Below the pieces are notes generated by a model, which worked only from the letters and a program-made list of their open reading frames with translations, made no database searches and was not told the DNA's origin. DNA of 34,603 nucleotides from a virus (lineage: Duplodnaviria; Heunggongvirae; Uroviricota; Caudoviricetes). Shown piece after piece: positions 24,019-33,908 of this stretch. Every line of letters begins with the position of its first letter. Positions within the stretch are counted from its first letter, which is position 1. The DNA is taken from IMG/VR virus record IMGVR_UViG_2671181056_000001; one strand, written 5' to 3'. The position numbers were made by a program, and so were the translations under genes.

Positions 24019-24762
24019 ATGACACAGACTGAATCAGCGATTCTGGCACATGCCCGGCGGTGTGCGCCTGCGGAGTCGTGCGGCTTCGTGATAAGCACGC
24101 CGGAGGGGGAGCGGTATATCCCTTGTGTGAATATTTCCGCAGAGCCGGAGGCGTATTTTCGTATCGCACCGGAAGACTGGCTGCGGGCAGAGATGCAGGG
24201 GGAGATTGTGGCACTGGTCCACAGTCATCCCGGTGGGCTGCCCTGGCTGAGCGAGGCTGACCGGCGGTTGCAGATAAAAAGCGCACTGCCCTGGTGGTTG
24301 GTCTGCCGGGGTGACATTCACAAATTCCGCTGTGTGCCACATCTGACAGGACGGCGCTTTGAGCACGGGGTGACGGACTGTTACACGCTGTTCCGGGATG
24401 CTTATCATCTGGCGGGGACTGAAATGCCGGATTTTCATCGCGAGGATGACTGGTGGCGCAACGGTCAGAACCTTTACCTGGACAATATGGCGGTCACCGG
24501 CTTTTACCGGGTGCCCCTGTCCTCTGCACAGGCGGGCGATATTCTGCTGTGCTGCTTTGGTGCTTCGGTACCGAACCATGCCGCCATTTACTGCGGCAAC
24601 GGTGAGCTGCTTCACCATCTGCCTGAACAACTGAGTAAACGGGAGAGGTATTCCGAAAAATGGCAACGACGAACGCATTCAGTCTGGCGTCACCGCCACT
24701 GGCACGCATCTGCCTTCACGGGGATTTACAACGATTTGGCCGCCGCCTCAGCCTGTATGTGA
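24019..24762 (+). CDS. K: tail tip assembly protein K (B-type, JAB/MPN plus NlpC/P60-like)
   Basis: 247 aa from MTQTESAILAHARRCAPAESCGFVISTPEGERYIPCVN...; HSHPGGLPWLSEAD motif present. Confidence 0.88.
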   Translation: MTQTESAILAHARRCAPAESCGFVISTPEGERYIPCVNISAEPEAYFRIAPEDWLRAEMQGEIVALVHSHPGGLPWLSEADRRLQIKSALPWWLVCRGDIHKFRCVPHLTGRRFEHGVTDCYTLFRDAYHLAGTEMPDFHREDDWWRNGQNLYLDNMAVTGFYRVPLSSAQAGDILLCCFGASVPNHAAIYCGNGELLHHLPEQLSKRERYSEKWQRRTHSVWRHRHWHASAFTGIYNDLAAASACM

Positions 24763-25340
24763 ACACGGCAGCGGAAGCCATTCGCGCCCTGTCGATGCAG
24801 ATGCCGGGCTTTCGCCGTCAGATGAACGAAGGCTGGTACCAGATACGTATTGCCGGTTATGACACGGCACCGGAGGCGGTGTACGCCCGTCTTCACGAAC
24901 AGCTGGGTGAGGGAACGGTCATCCACATTGTGCCGCGACTGGCCGGGGCCGGAAAGGGTGGACTGCAGATTGTGCTGGGGGCGGCAGCCATCGTGGGCTC
25001 TTTCTTCACTGCCGGGGCATCAATGGCGTTATGGGGTTCAGCCCTGGCAGCCGGTGGTTTTTCTGCCACCACGATGCTGTTTTCACTTGGAGCCAGCATG
25101 ATTCTGGGCGGTGTGGCCCAGATGCTGGCCCCGAAGGCAAAAACACCGGATTACCGCGCAACGGATAACGGCAGACAGAACACGTACTTTTCCTCACTGG
25201 ATAACATGATTGCCCAGGGGAACCCGATGCCGGTGCCTTACGGGGAAATGCTGGTTGGCTCCCGCCGTATATCCCAGGACATCAGCACCCGTGATGAAGG
25301 CGGGGGCGGAAAGGTCGTGGTTATCGGGCGGCAGGGGTAA
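24660..25340 (+). CDS. I: tail tip assembly protein I (B-type, full length)
   Basis: 226 aa MATTNAFSLASPPLARICLHGDLQRFGRRLSLYVNTAAEAIRA...; overlaps K 3' end by 103 nt as in lambda. Confidence 0.9.
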   Translation: MATTNAFSLASPPLARICLHGDLQRFGRRLSLYVNTAAEAIRALSMQMPGFRRQMNEGWYQIRIAGYDTAPEAVYARLHEQLGEGTVIHIVPRLAGAGKGGLQIVLGAAAIVGSFFTAGASMALWGSALAAGGFSATTMLFSLGASMILGGVAQMLAPKAKTPDYRATDNGRQNTYFSSLDNMIAQGNPMPVPYGEMLVGSRRISQDISTRDEGGGGKVVVIGRQG

Positions 25341-25385
25341 AAAGAATAAAAAAATCCCGCAGTGATCGCGGACAGGAACTGCGGG
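25341..25385 (-). terminator. intrinsic terminator on minus strand (stem CCCGCAG/CTGCGGG 25356-25385, then U-tract read from 25355 down to 25341)
   Basis: Minus-strand read: CCCGCAG-16 nt loop-CTGCGGG followed by ATTTTTTTATTCTTT. Confidence 0.5.
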
Positions 25386-25444
25386 AGAGTTACGAAGATT
25401 AAGTGTAAGGAATTATTCTTATATCACGACAAAAAAATTAACGC
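25341..25444 (-). ncRNA. candidate ~100-nt small RNA between promoter (25451-25478) and terminator, transcribed opposite to the tail operon
   Basis: Sequence-only prediction: promoter plus terminator bracket a segment with no ATG-initiated ORF; no homology check possible here. Confidence 0.3.
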
Positions 25445-25450
25445 AGAGAA

Positions 25451-25478
25451 ATTATACGCGCCACAGTCAGTTTGTGAA
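25451..25478 (-). promoter_or_regulatory. predicted sigma70 promoter on minus strand: TTCACA - 16 nt - TATAAT
   Basis: Minus-strand read TTCACAaactgactgtggcgcgTATAAT (-10 = complement of 25451-25456, -35 = complement of 25473-25478). Confidence 0.5.
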
Positions 25479-25550
25479 AATGTGAAGATATTCAGAATTT
25501 TTATGCCATTACCGGTTTTAACCAACAGGATTATCGGTGGGCATGAAAGA

Positions 25551-25580
25551 AAACCCCGGTATCTGCTGATACCGGGGTTT
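25551..25580. terminator. perfect 13-bp stem hairpin AAACCCCGGTATC-TGCT-GATACCGGGGTTT with partial T-tracts on both sides (possible bidirectional terminator)
   Basis: Exact inverted repeat with 4-nt loop; flanked by CTCTTT (plus strand) and TTCTTTC (minus strand). Confidence 0.5.
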
Positions 25581-25683
25581 CTCTTTAGCATGGCAGAAAT
25601 GTGTTTCATGCTTTTCGGGCGAAGGATATCCGACTTCTGTACGGAATGGCAAGTGGCGGTTAATTTATTCAGGGGAAGGCTGT

Positions 25684-28600
25684 ATGGGAAAAGGTGGCGG
25701 TAAGGCACACACGCCTCGTGAGGCGAAGGATAATCTCAAATCCACGCAGATGATGAGCGTGATTGATGCGATTGGTGAGGGACTGATAGAAGGTCCGGTG
25801 AAGGGACTGCAGAGTATCCTGGTGAACAAAACCCCGCTGACGGACACGGACGGTAATCCCGTGATACACGGTGTGACGGCGGTCTGACGCGCCGGGGAGC
25901 AGGAGCAGACACCACCGGAAGGCTTTGAGTCCTCCGGTGCTGAAACCGGACTGGGCGTGGAAGTGACGAAGGCAAAACCGGTGACGCGCACCATTACGTC
26001 CGCGAACATTGACCGCCTGCGGGTTACCTTCGGGGTGCAGTCACTGGTGCAGACCACGTCAAAGGGTGACCGAAACCCGACATCCGTCCGCCTGCTGATT
26101 CAGTTACAGCGTAACGGTAACTGGGTGACAGAAAAGGATGTCACCATTAACGGCAAGACCACCTCGCAGTTTCTGGCGTCGGTGATTCTGGATAATCTGC
26201 CTCCCCGTCCTTTTAACATCCGGATGGTCCGGGAGACAGCGGACAGCACCACGGACCAGCTGCAGAATAAGACGCTGTGGTCGTCATACACCGAAATCAT
26301 CGATGTGAAACAGTGCTACCCGAACACGGCCATTGTGGGGCTGCAGGTGGATGCGGAGCAGTTCGGCGGCCAGCAGATGACGGTGAACTACCATATCCGC
26401 GGTCGCATCATCCAGGTGCCGTCAAACTATGACCCGGAAAAACGCACGTACAGTGGTATCTGGGACGGCAGCCTGAAACCGGCATACAGCAACAATCCGG
26501 CCTGGTGTCTGTGGGACATGCTGACTCACCCGCGCTACGGCATGGGAAAACGTCTGGGGGCGGCGGATGTGGACAAGTGGGCGCTGTATGCCATCGGGCA
26601 GTACTGCGACCAGACGGTCCCGGATAGTTTCGGGGAGACCGAGCCGCGGATGACCTTCAATGCGTACCTGGCACAACAGCGTAAGGCATGGGACGTGCTC
26701 AGTGATTTCTGCTCGGCGATGCGCTGTATGCCGGTATGGAACGGCCAGACGCTGACGTTTGTTCAGGACCGCCCGTCGGATGTGGTGTGGCCGTACACCA
26801 ACAGCGATGTGGTGGTGGATGATAACGGCGTGGGTTTCCGCTACAGCTTCAGTGCCCTGAAGGACCGGCACACGGCGGTGGAGGTGAATTATACCGACCC
26901 GCAGAACGGCTGGCAGACCTCCACGGAACTGGTGGAAGACCCGGAAGCCATACTGCGCTACGGACGCAACCTGCTGAAGATGGACGCGTTCGGCTGTACC
27001 AGCCGCGGTCAGGCCCACCGTGCCGGACTGTGGGTGATAAAGACCGAACTGCTGGAAACGCAGACGGTGGATTTCACGCTCGGGTCTCAGGGGCTGCGGC
27101 ACACACCCGGTGACATCATTGAAATCTGTGATAACGACTATGCCGGGACCCTGACCGGCGGACGTGTCCTGTCCATTGATGCTGCCACCCGCACTCTGAC
27201 GCTGGACCGTGAAGTGACACTTCCGGAGACCGGTGCCGCCACGGTGAACCTGATTAACGGCAGCGGTAAGCCGGTGAGTGTGGACATCACCGAACACCCC
27301 GCGCCGGACCGGATACAGGTCAGTACCCTGCCTGATGGTGTGGAGACATACGGGGTGTGGGGACTCTCCCTGCCGTCACTGCGCCGTCGCCTGTTCCGCT
27401 GTGTCTCCGTCCGGGAAAACACGGACGGCACCTTTGCCATCACGGCGGTGCAGCACGTACTGGAAAAAGAAGCCATCGTGGATAACGGTGCCCGCTTTGA
27501 GCCGCAGTCAGGTTCCCTGAACAGCGTCATCCCACCGGCAGTGCAGCACCTGACGGCCAGTATCTGGCGCAGGCGAAATGGGACACGCCGCGGGTGGTGA
27601 AGGGTGTGCGCTTCAGTCTGCGCCTGACCAGTGGTAAGGGAACGGATGCCAGACTGGTGACCACCGCCATCACCGCAGACACGGAGCACCGTTTCAGCGG
27701 CCTGCCGCTCGGGGAATACACCCTGACGGTGCGGGCGATAAACAGCTATGGCCAGCAGGGTGAACCTGCCACCACCACCTTCCGGATTGCCGCACCGGCA
27801 GCACCGTCGCGGATTGAGCTGACGCCGGGCTATTTTCAGATAACCGCAACGCCGCATCTTGCCGTTTATGACCCGACGGTACAGTTTGAGTTCTGGTTCT
27901 CGGAAAAGCGGATTGCGGATATCAGGCAGGTTGAAACCACAGCACGCTATCTTGGCACGGCGCTGTACTGGATAGCCGCCAGTATCAATATCAAACCGGG
28001 CCATGATTATTACTTTTATATCCGCAGTGTGAACACCGTTGGCAAATCGGCATTCGTGGAGGCTGTCGGTCGGGCGAGCGATGATGCGGAAGGTTACCTG
28101 GATTTTTTCAAAGGAGAGATAGGGAAAACACATCTGGCTCAGGAGCTGTGGACGCAGATTGATAACGGTCAGCTTGCGCCTGACCTGGCTGAAATCAGGA
28201 CGTCCATTACGGATGTCAGCAATGAAATCACGCAGACTGTCAATAAGAAACTGAAAGACCAGAGTGCGGCAATCCAGCAGATACAGAAGGTTCAGGTTGA
28301 TACAAATAATAATCTGAACAGCATGTGGGCTGTGAAGCTGCAACAGATGAAGGACGGACGCCTTTATATTGCGGGTATCGGTGCCGGTATTGAGAATACG
28401 CCAGCAGGAATGCAGAGTCAGGTGCTGCTGGCGGCAGACAGGATTGCGATGATTAATCCTGCGAATGGCAACACAAAGCCGATGTTTGTTGGTCAGGGCG
28501 ATCAGATATTCATGAACGACGTGTTCCTGAAACGCCTGACGGCTCCCACCATTACCAGCGGCGGTAATCCTCCGGCATTTTCCCTGACACCGGACGGAAA

Positions 28601-29135
28601 ACTGACCGCTAAAAATGCAGATATCAGTGGCAGTGTGAATGCGAACGCCGGGACGCTCAACAATGTCACAATTAATGAGAACTGTCAGATTAAGGGGAAA
28701 CTGTCAGCCAACCAGATTGAAGGCGATATAGTCAAAACAGTGGGTAAGGCTTTTCCGCGGGACTCCCGGGCACCGGAGCGGTGGCCATCAGGGACCATTA
28801 CCGTCAGGATTTATGACGATCAGCCTTTTGACAGGCAAATTGTTATTCCGGCGGTGGCATTCAGCGGCGCTAAACATGAGCGGGAGAATAACGATATTTA
28901 TTCGTCATGCCGCCTGATAGTACGGAAAAACGGTGCTGAAATTTATAACCGTACCGCGCTGGATAATACGCTGATTTACAGTGGTGTTATTGATATGCCA
29001 GCTGGTCGCGGCCACATGACGCTGGAGTTTTCGGTGTCAGCATGGCTGGTGAATAACTGGTATCCCACAGCAAGTATCAGCGATTTGCTGGTTGTGGTGA
29101 TGAAGAAAGCCACCGCAGGCATCAGTATCAGCTGA
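25684..29135 (+). pseudogene. J: tail tip/host-specificity protein J, disrupted by an in-frame TGA (25885-25887) and a frameshift near 27555-27600
   Basis: Three consecutive ORFs (25684-25887, 25957-27600, 27594-29135) together match lambda gpJ (1132 aa) from MGKG..HTPREAKDNLKSTQ to the C-terminus; the stop replaces the F codon of the VFRAGEQEQTPPEGF motif. Confidence 0.85.
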
Positions 29136-29153
29136 ATTTTATAACCCATATAC

Positions 29154-29178
29154 GGGCGCCAGAAATGGCGCCTTTTTT
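29154..29178 (+). terminator. intrinsic terminator downstream of J (GGGCGCC-AGAAAT-GGCGCC-TTTTTT)
   Basis: Near-perfect GC stem followed by a 6-T run, 19 nt after the J stop. Confidence 0.7.
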
Positions 29179-29202
29179 ATTGCAGAAAAGCGAGAGGTAA
29201 TT

Positions 29203-30000
29203 ATGCGTAAAGTTTGTGCAGCCATTTTGTCCGCAGCCATTTGCCTGGCCGTATCCGGTGCGCCTGCATGGGCGTCTGAACATCAGTCCACACTGAGCGC
29301 GGGGTATCTTCATGCCCGTACGAACGCTCCCGGCAGCGATAATCTGAACGGGATTAACGTGAAATACCGTTATGAGTTTACGGATACGCTGGGGCTGGTG
29401 ACGTCATTCAGCTATGCAGGAGACAAGAATCGCCAGCTGACCCGTTACAGCGATACCCGCTGGCATGAAGATTCCGTGCGTAACCGCTGGTTCAGCGNNN
29501 NNNNNNNNNATGCCCGTACGAACGCTCCCGGCAGCGATAATCTGAACGGGATTAACGTGAAATACCGTTATGAGTTTACGGACGCGCTGGGGCTGATTAC
29601 GTCCTTCAGTTATGCCAATGCTGAGGATGAGCAAAAAACGCACTACAGCGATACCCGCTGGCATGAAGATTCCGTGCGTAACCGCTGGTTCAGCGTGATG
29701 GCGGGGCCGTCTGTGCGCGTGAATGAATGGTTCAGCGCGTATGCGATGGTGGGTGTGGCTTACAGCCGTGTGTCGACTTTCTCCGGGGATTATCTCCGCG
29801 TAACTGACAACAAGGGGAAAACGCACGATGTGCTGACCGGAAGTGATGACGGTCGCCACAGCAACACGTCTCTGGCGTGGGGGGCTGGCGTGCAGTTTAA
29901 CCCGACCGAATCCGTGACCATTGACCTTGCTTATGAAGGTTCCGGTAGTGGTGACTGGCGAACGGATGCATTTATTGTTGGTATCGGATACCGTATCTGA
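29203..30000 (+). CDS. lom: outer membrane protein Lom (Ail/OmpX family); as assembled contains an N12 gap (29498-29509) and a duplicated 186-bp segment
   Basis: MRKVCAAILSAAICLAVSGAPAWASEHQSTLSAGYLH... and the C-terminal half match lambda Lom; true length probably ~199 aa. Confidence 0.85.
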   Translation: MRKVCAAILSAAICLAVSGAPAWASEHQSTLSAGYLHARTNAPGSDNLNGINVKYRYEFTDTLGLVTSFSYAGDKNRQLTRYSDTRWHEDSVRNRWFSXXXXXARTNAPGSDNLNGINVKYRYEFTDALGLITSFSYANAEDEQKTHYSDTRWHEDSVRNRWFSVMAGPSVRVNEWFSAYAMVGVAYSRVSTFSGDYLRVTDNKGKTHDVLTGSDDGRHSNTSLAWGAGVQFNPTESVTIDLAYEGSGSGDWRTDAFIVGIGYRI

Positions 30001-30105
30001 CAACAGACGCCGATTTATCTTCTGTAAATATTGTTATGATACGCAGGTTCATCCACCTTATGGGGTGAACTGCGTTTGAGGAAACGTAAAGTTACACTGT
30101 CCTGA

Positions 30106-30137
30106 AGCCCGTGGCGTCACTGCTGCGGGCTTTTTTT
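30106..30137 (+). terminator. intrinsic terminator between lom and stf (AGCCCG-loop-CGGGCT-TTTTTTT)
   Basis: Stem AGCCCG/CGGGCT with a 7-T run ending 15 nt before the stf ATG. Confidence 0.6.
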
Positions 30138-30151
30138 ATTGGTGGAAAAGT

Positions 30152-33100
30152 ATGACAGTAAAAATTTCTGGCGTGCTTAAAGATGGCACAGGAAAACCAG
30201 TACAGAACTGCACCATTGTGCTGAAGGCCAGACGAACCAGCAGCACGATGGTGGTGAACACGGTGGCCTCTGAAAATCCGGATGAAGCCGGACGTTACAG
30301 CATGGATGTTGAGCATGGTCAGTACAGCGTCACCCTGCTGGTTGAAGGTTTTCCGCCTTCACATGCCGGGACCATTACCGTCTATGAAGGTTCCAGACCA
30401 GGTACGCTGAATGATTTTCTCGGTGCCATGACGGAGGATGATGTCCGACCGGAGGCACTGCGCCGCTTTGAGCAGATGGTGGAAGAGGTGTCACGTAACG
30501 CCTCCGCGGTTGCACAGAATACGGCAGCCGCGAAAAAATCAGCCAGCGAGGCGGCAACTCATGCAACCGATGCTGCAGCCTCAGCACGTGCCGCCAGCAC
30601 GTCAGCCGGACAGGCCGCGTCGTCGGCTCAGTCAGCGTCTTCCAGCGCAGGAACGGCATCGACAAAGGCCCGTGAAGCAGCAAAAAGTGCTGCTGCAGAG
30701 TCATCAAAAAGCGCGGCAGCTACCAGCGCCAGTGCCGCGAAAACGTCAGAAACGAATGCCGCAGCATCACAAAAATCGGCAGCCACTTCTGCATCCACAG
30801 CGACCACGAAGGCGTCAGAAGCTGCCACCTCGGCACGGGGTGCGGCGGCCTCAAAAGAGGCAGCGAAATCTTCAGAAACGAATGCATCATCAAGTGCCAG
30901 TAGTGCAGCTTCCTCGGCAACGGCGGCAGGAAATTCCGCGAAGGCGGCAAAAACGTCCGAGACGAACGCTAAGTCTTCTGAAACAGCAGCGGGACAGAGC
31001 GCCTCAGCTGCGGCAGGTTCAAAAACAGCGGCTGCATTATCTGCCAGTGCCGCGTCAACAAGAGCCGGGCAGGCCTCAGCCAGTGCCACCGCCGCCGGAA
31101 AATCGGCAGAAAGCGCCGCATCATCCGCTTCAACAGCCACAACGAAGGCTGGCGAAGCCACTGAGCAGGCCACGGCAGCAGCGAGGTCAGCTTCCGCAGC
31201 GAAGACATCCGAAACGAACGCGAAAGCGTCGGAAACCCGTGCAGAATCCTCAAAAACGGCTGCCGCATCGTCCGCCAGTTCGGCGGCGTCATCGGCATCA
31301 TCGGCGTCTGCTTCAAAAGATGAGGCGACCAGACAGGCGTCAGCAGCGAAGGGCAGCGCCACGACGGCATCCACGAAGGCGACAGAGGCTGCTGGTAGTG
31401 CGACGGCAGCAGCTCAGAGCAAAAGTACGGCGGAATCTGCAGCAACGCGCGCTGAGACAGCGGCAAAACGGGCAGAGGATATTGCATCCGCCGTGGCGCT
31501 TGAGGATGCGAGCACGACGAAAAAGGGGATAGTACAGCTCAGTAGTGCGACTAACAGCACTTCCGAGTCACTGGCGGCAACACCAAAAGCCGTTAAGGCC
31601 GCGTATGACCTGGCTAACGGGAAATACACCGCACAGGATGCAACGACAGCACAGAAAGGGATAATCCAGCTAAGCAGCGCGACCAACAGCACGTCTGAAA
31701 CGCTGGCGGCAACGCCAAAGGCAGTAAAAGCAGCCAATGACAATGCTGAGAAACGTCTGCAGAAAGATCAGAACGGTGCGGATATCCCTGGCAAAGACAC
31801 CTTTACGAAAAATATTGGTGCCTGCCGTGCCTTCGGTGGGTCAGTAAGCACAACAACAGGAAACTGGACGACTGCACAGTTTATCGAGTGGCTGGATTCT
31901 CAGGGAGCATTTAACCATCCATACTGGATGTGCAAGGGTTCCTGGTCTTATGGCAATAATAAAATCATTACTGATACTGGCTGCGGTAATATTCATCTCG
32001 CCGGAGCTGTCATTGAAGTAATGGGGATAAAGTCAGCGATGACGATCCGCATTACCACTCCGACCACATCCAGCGGTGGCGGAACAACCAACGCCCAGTT
32101 TACCTATATTAATCACGGAACAGATTATTCACCTGGCTGGCGAAGGGACTATAACTCCAGAAATAAGCCAACGGCATCAGAGATCGGGGCGCTACCGTCA
32201 GGTGGAACAGCAGTATCATCAGTTAATCTGGCTTCAAAAGGTCGGGTAGCCGCGCTGACAGACAATACGCAGGGGGCAGCAGGTCTTGAGTTATACGAGG
32301 TGTATAACAACGGATATCCAACAGCGTATGGAAATATCATTCACCTGAAAGGGATGACAGCCGTTGGCGAAGGTGAGTTACTCATCGGCTGGGGGGGGAC
32401 AAGCGGGGCTCATGCTCCGGCATTTATTCGTTCACGACGGGATACGACCGACGCAAACTGGTCGCCGTGGGCGCAGCTTTACACCTCGGCTCATCCTCCT
32501 GCAGAGTTTTATCCAGTCGGTGCACCAATCCCGTGGCCATCAGATACCGTTCCGTCTGGTTATGCCCTGATGCAGGGGCAGACTTTTGACAAATCTGCTT
32601 ACCCGAAACTTGCAGCCGCTTATCCGTCAGGCGTGATCCCTGATATGCGTGGCTGGACGATTAAGGGCAAGCCCGCCAGTGGTCGTGCCGTATTGTCTCA
32701 GGAACAGGATGGCATTAAATCGCACACCCACAGCGCCAGCGCATCCAGTACGGATTTGGGGACGAAAACCACATCGTCGTTTGATTACGGCACTAAATCC
32801 ACGAATAACACCGGGGCGCATACGCACAGTCTGAGCGGCTCTACAAGTTCAGCTGGGGCCCACCAACATAGTCAGACTGGGCCCAGAACGAATAGCGGGA
32901 GTCAACCTACTGGAATGTTTCCGGCAGGGAGTACTCAAGTTAGCGGGACTAATCAGGTTGGTATCAGTGGCTCATTAACCAGTGGCACCTCCCAATGGGT
33001 AGGTAAATCATCTTCAGAAGGAAACCATACACACTCACTGTCCGGCACAGCAGCATCTGCGGGTGCACACGCGCATACTGTCGGTATTGGTGCTCATACG

Positions 33101-33211
33101 CACTCTGTTGCGATTGGTTCACATGGACACACCATCACCGTTAACGCTGCTGGTAACGCGGAAAACACCGTCAAAAACATCGCATTTAACTATATTGTGA
33201 GGCTCGCATAA
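30152..33211 (+). CDS. stf: side tail fibre protein Stf (1019 aa)
   Basis: N-terminus [28 protein letters not shown]... and C-terminus ...[29 protein letters not shown] match lambda Stf; Ala/Ser-rich repeat region; two tandem copies of the phage tail-fibre repeat (GI(V/I)[11 protein letters not shown](S/T)[11 protein letters not shown]). Confidence 0.92.
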   Translation: MTVKISGVLKDGTGKPVQNCTIVLKARRTSSTMVVNTVASENPDEAGRYSMDVEHGQYSVTLLVEGFPPSHAGTITVYEGSRPGTLNDFLGAMTEDDVRPEALRRFEQMVEEVSRNASAVAQNTAAAKKSASEAATHATDAAASARAASTSAGQAASSAQSASSSAGTASTKAREAAKSAAAESSKSAAATSASAAKTSETNAAASQKSAATSASTATTKASEAATSARGAAASKEAAKSSETNASSSASSAASSATAAGNSAKAAKTSETNAKSSETAAGQSASAAAGSKTAAALSASAASTRAGQASASATAAGKSAESAASSASTATTKAGEATEQATAAARSASAAKTSETNAKASETRAESSKTAAASSASSAASSASSASASKDEATRQASAAKGSATTASTKATEAAGSATAAAQSKSTAESAATRAETAAKRAEDIASAVALEDASTTKKGIVQLSSATNSTSESLAATPKAVKAAYDLANGKYTAQDATTAQKGIIQLSSATNSTSETLAATPKAVKAANDNAEKRLQKDQNGADIPGKDTFTKNIGACRAFGGSVSTTTGNWTTAQFIEWLDSQGAFNHPYWMCKGSWSYGNNKIITDTGCGNIHLAGAVIEVMGIKSAMTIRITTPTTSSGGGTTNAQFTYINHGTDYSPGWRRDYNSRNKPTASEIGALPSGGTAVSSVNLASKGRVAALTDNTQGAAGLELYEVYNNGYPTAYGNIIHLKGMTAVGEGELLIGWGGTSGAHAPAFIRSRRDTTDANWSPWAQLYTSAHPPAEFYPVGAPIPWPSDTVPSGYALMQGQTFDKSAYPKLAAAYPSGVIPDMRGWTIKGKPASGRAVLSQEQDGIKSHTHSASASSTDLGTKTTSSFDYGTKSTNNTGAHTHSLSGSTSSAGAHQHSQTGPRTNSGSQPTGMFPAGSTQVSGTNQVGISGSLTSGTSQWVGKSSSEGNHTHSLSGTAASAGAHAHTVGIGAHTHSVAIGSHGHTITVNAAGNAENTVKNIAFNYIVRLA

Positions 33212-33792
33212 TGGCATTCAGAATGAGTGAACAAGCACGGACCATAAAAATTTATAACCTGCTGGCCGGAACTAATGAATTTATTGGTGAAGGTGACGCA
33301 TATATTCCGCCTCATACAGGTCTGCCTGCAAACAGTACCGATATTGCACCGCCAGATATTCCGGCTGGTTTCGTGGCTGTTTTCAACAGTGATGAGTCAT
33401 CGTGGCATCTCGTTGAAGATCATCGGGGTAAAACGGTTTATGACGTGGCTTCCGGCGACGCGTTATTTATTTCTGAACTCGGCTCATTACCGGAAAATGT
33501 CACCTGGTTATCCCCGGAAGGGGAGTTTCAGAAGTGGAACGGCACAGCCTGGGTGAAGGATACGGAAGCAGAAAAACTGTTCCGGATCCGGGAGGCGGAA
33601 GAAACAAAAAACAGCCTGATGCAGGTAGCCAGTGAGCATATAGCGCCGCTTCAGGATGCTGTGGATCTGGAGATCGCAACGGAGAAAGAAACCTTGTTGC
33701 TGGAAGCTTGGAAAAAGTATCGGGTGTTGCTGAACCGTGTTGATACATCAACTGCACCGGATATTGAATGGCCAGTAGCACCTATAGGGTAA
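33211..33792 (+). CDS. tfa: tail fibre assembly protein Tfa
   Basis: 193 aa [44 protein letters not shown]... lambda Tfa; start overlaps stf stop (TAATGG). Confidence 0.93.
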   Translation: MAFRMSEQARTIKIYNLLAGTNEFIGEGDAYIPPHTGLPANSTDIAPPDIPAGFVAVFNSDESSWHLVEDHRGKTVYDVASGDALFISELGSLPENVTWLSPEGEFQKWNGTAWVKDTEAEKLFRIREAEETKNSLMQVASEHIAPLQDAVDLEIATEKETLLLEAWKKYRVLLNRVDTSTAPDIEWPVAPIG

Positions 33793-33870
33793 ATTCGTAA
33801 TGATTACCTAAATACGTTATTCTTTTGTTAAAAAAGTGATTTTGCTATAGGTAGGGAGTATGTTCTTGGA

Positions 33871-33908
33871 TTAAGAATAAAAAATCGCCATGAAAGAGCT
33901 TCATGGCG
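33871..33908 (-). terminator. intrinsic terminator on minus strand (stem CGCCATGAA/TTCATGGCG 33886-33908, U-tract read down to 33871)
   Basis: 9-bp stem, 5-nt loop; minus-strand read ends ATTTTTTATTCTTAA; position corresponds to the end of the leftward b-region transcript in lambda. Confidence 0.55.

Larger units (their letters stand above)
22811..24691 (+). repeat. 1.9-kb direct repeat, copy 2 (partner 16660-18540)
   Basis: As above. Confidence 0.9.

Noticed and set aside
9790-25340. Possibility that the repeated blocks are a CRISPR-like array or a biologically meaningful tandem gene amplification
   Set aside because: Repeat units are kb-scale protein-coding blocks, not short repeat-spacer units; junctions coincide with N characters and break genes mid-codon, favouring an assembly artefact
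25362-25708. Six-frame ORFs of 113 aa (plus strand) and 94 aa (minus strand) covering the I-J intergenic insertion
   Set aside because: They run through the perfect hairpin and the promoter/terminator signals, are low-complexity, and lack a ribosome-binding site; the region is better explained as non-coding regulatory or sRNA DNA
30438-31532. Arg/Pro-rich 364-aa plus-strand ORF and Ala-rich 248-aa minus-strand ORF (30628-31374) inside stf
   Set aside because: Alternative-frame artefacts of the GC-rich repetitive Ala/Ser-coding region of stf; the stf frame has clear lambda homology
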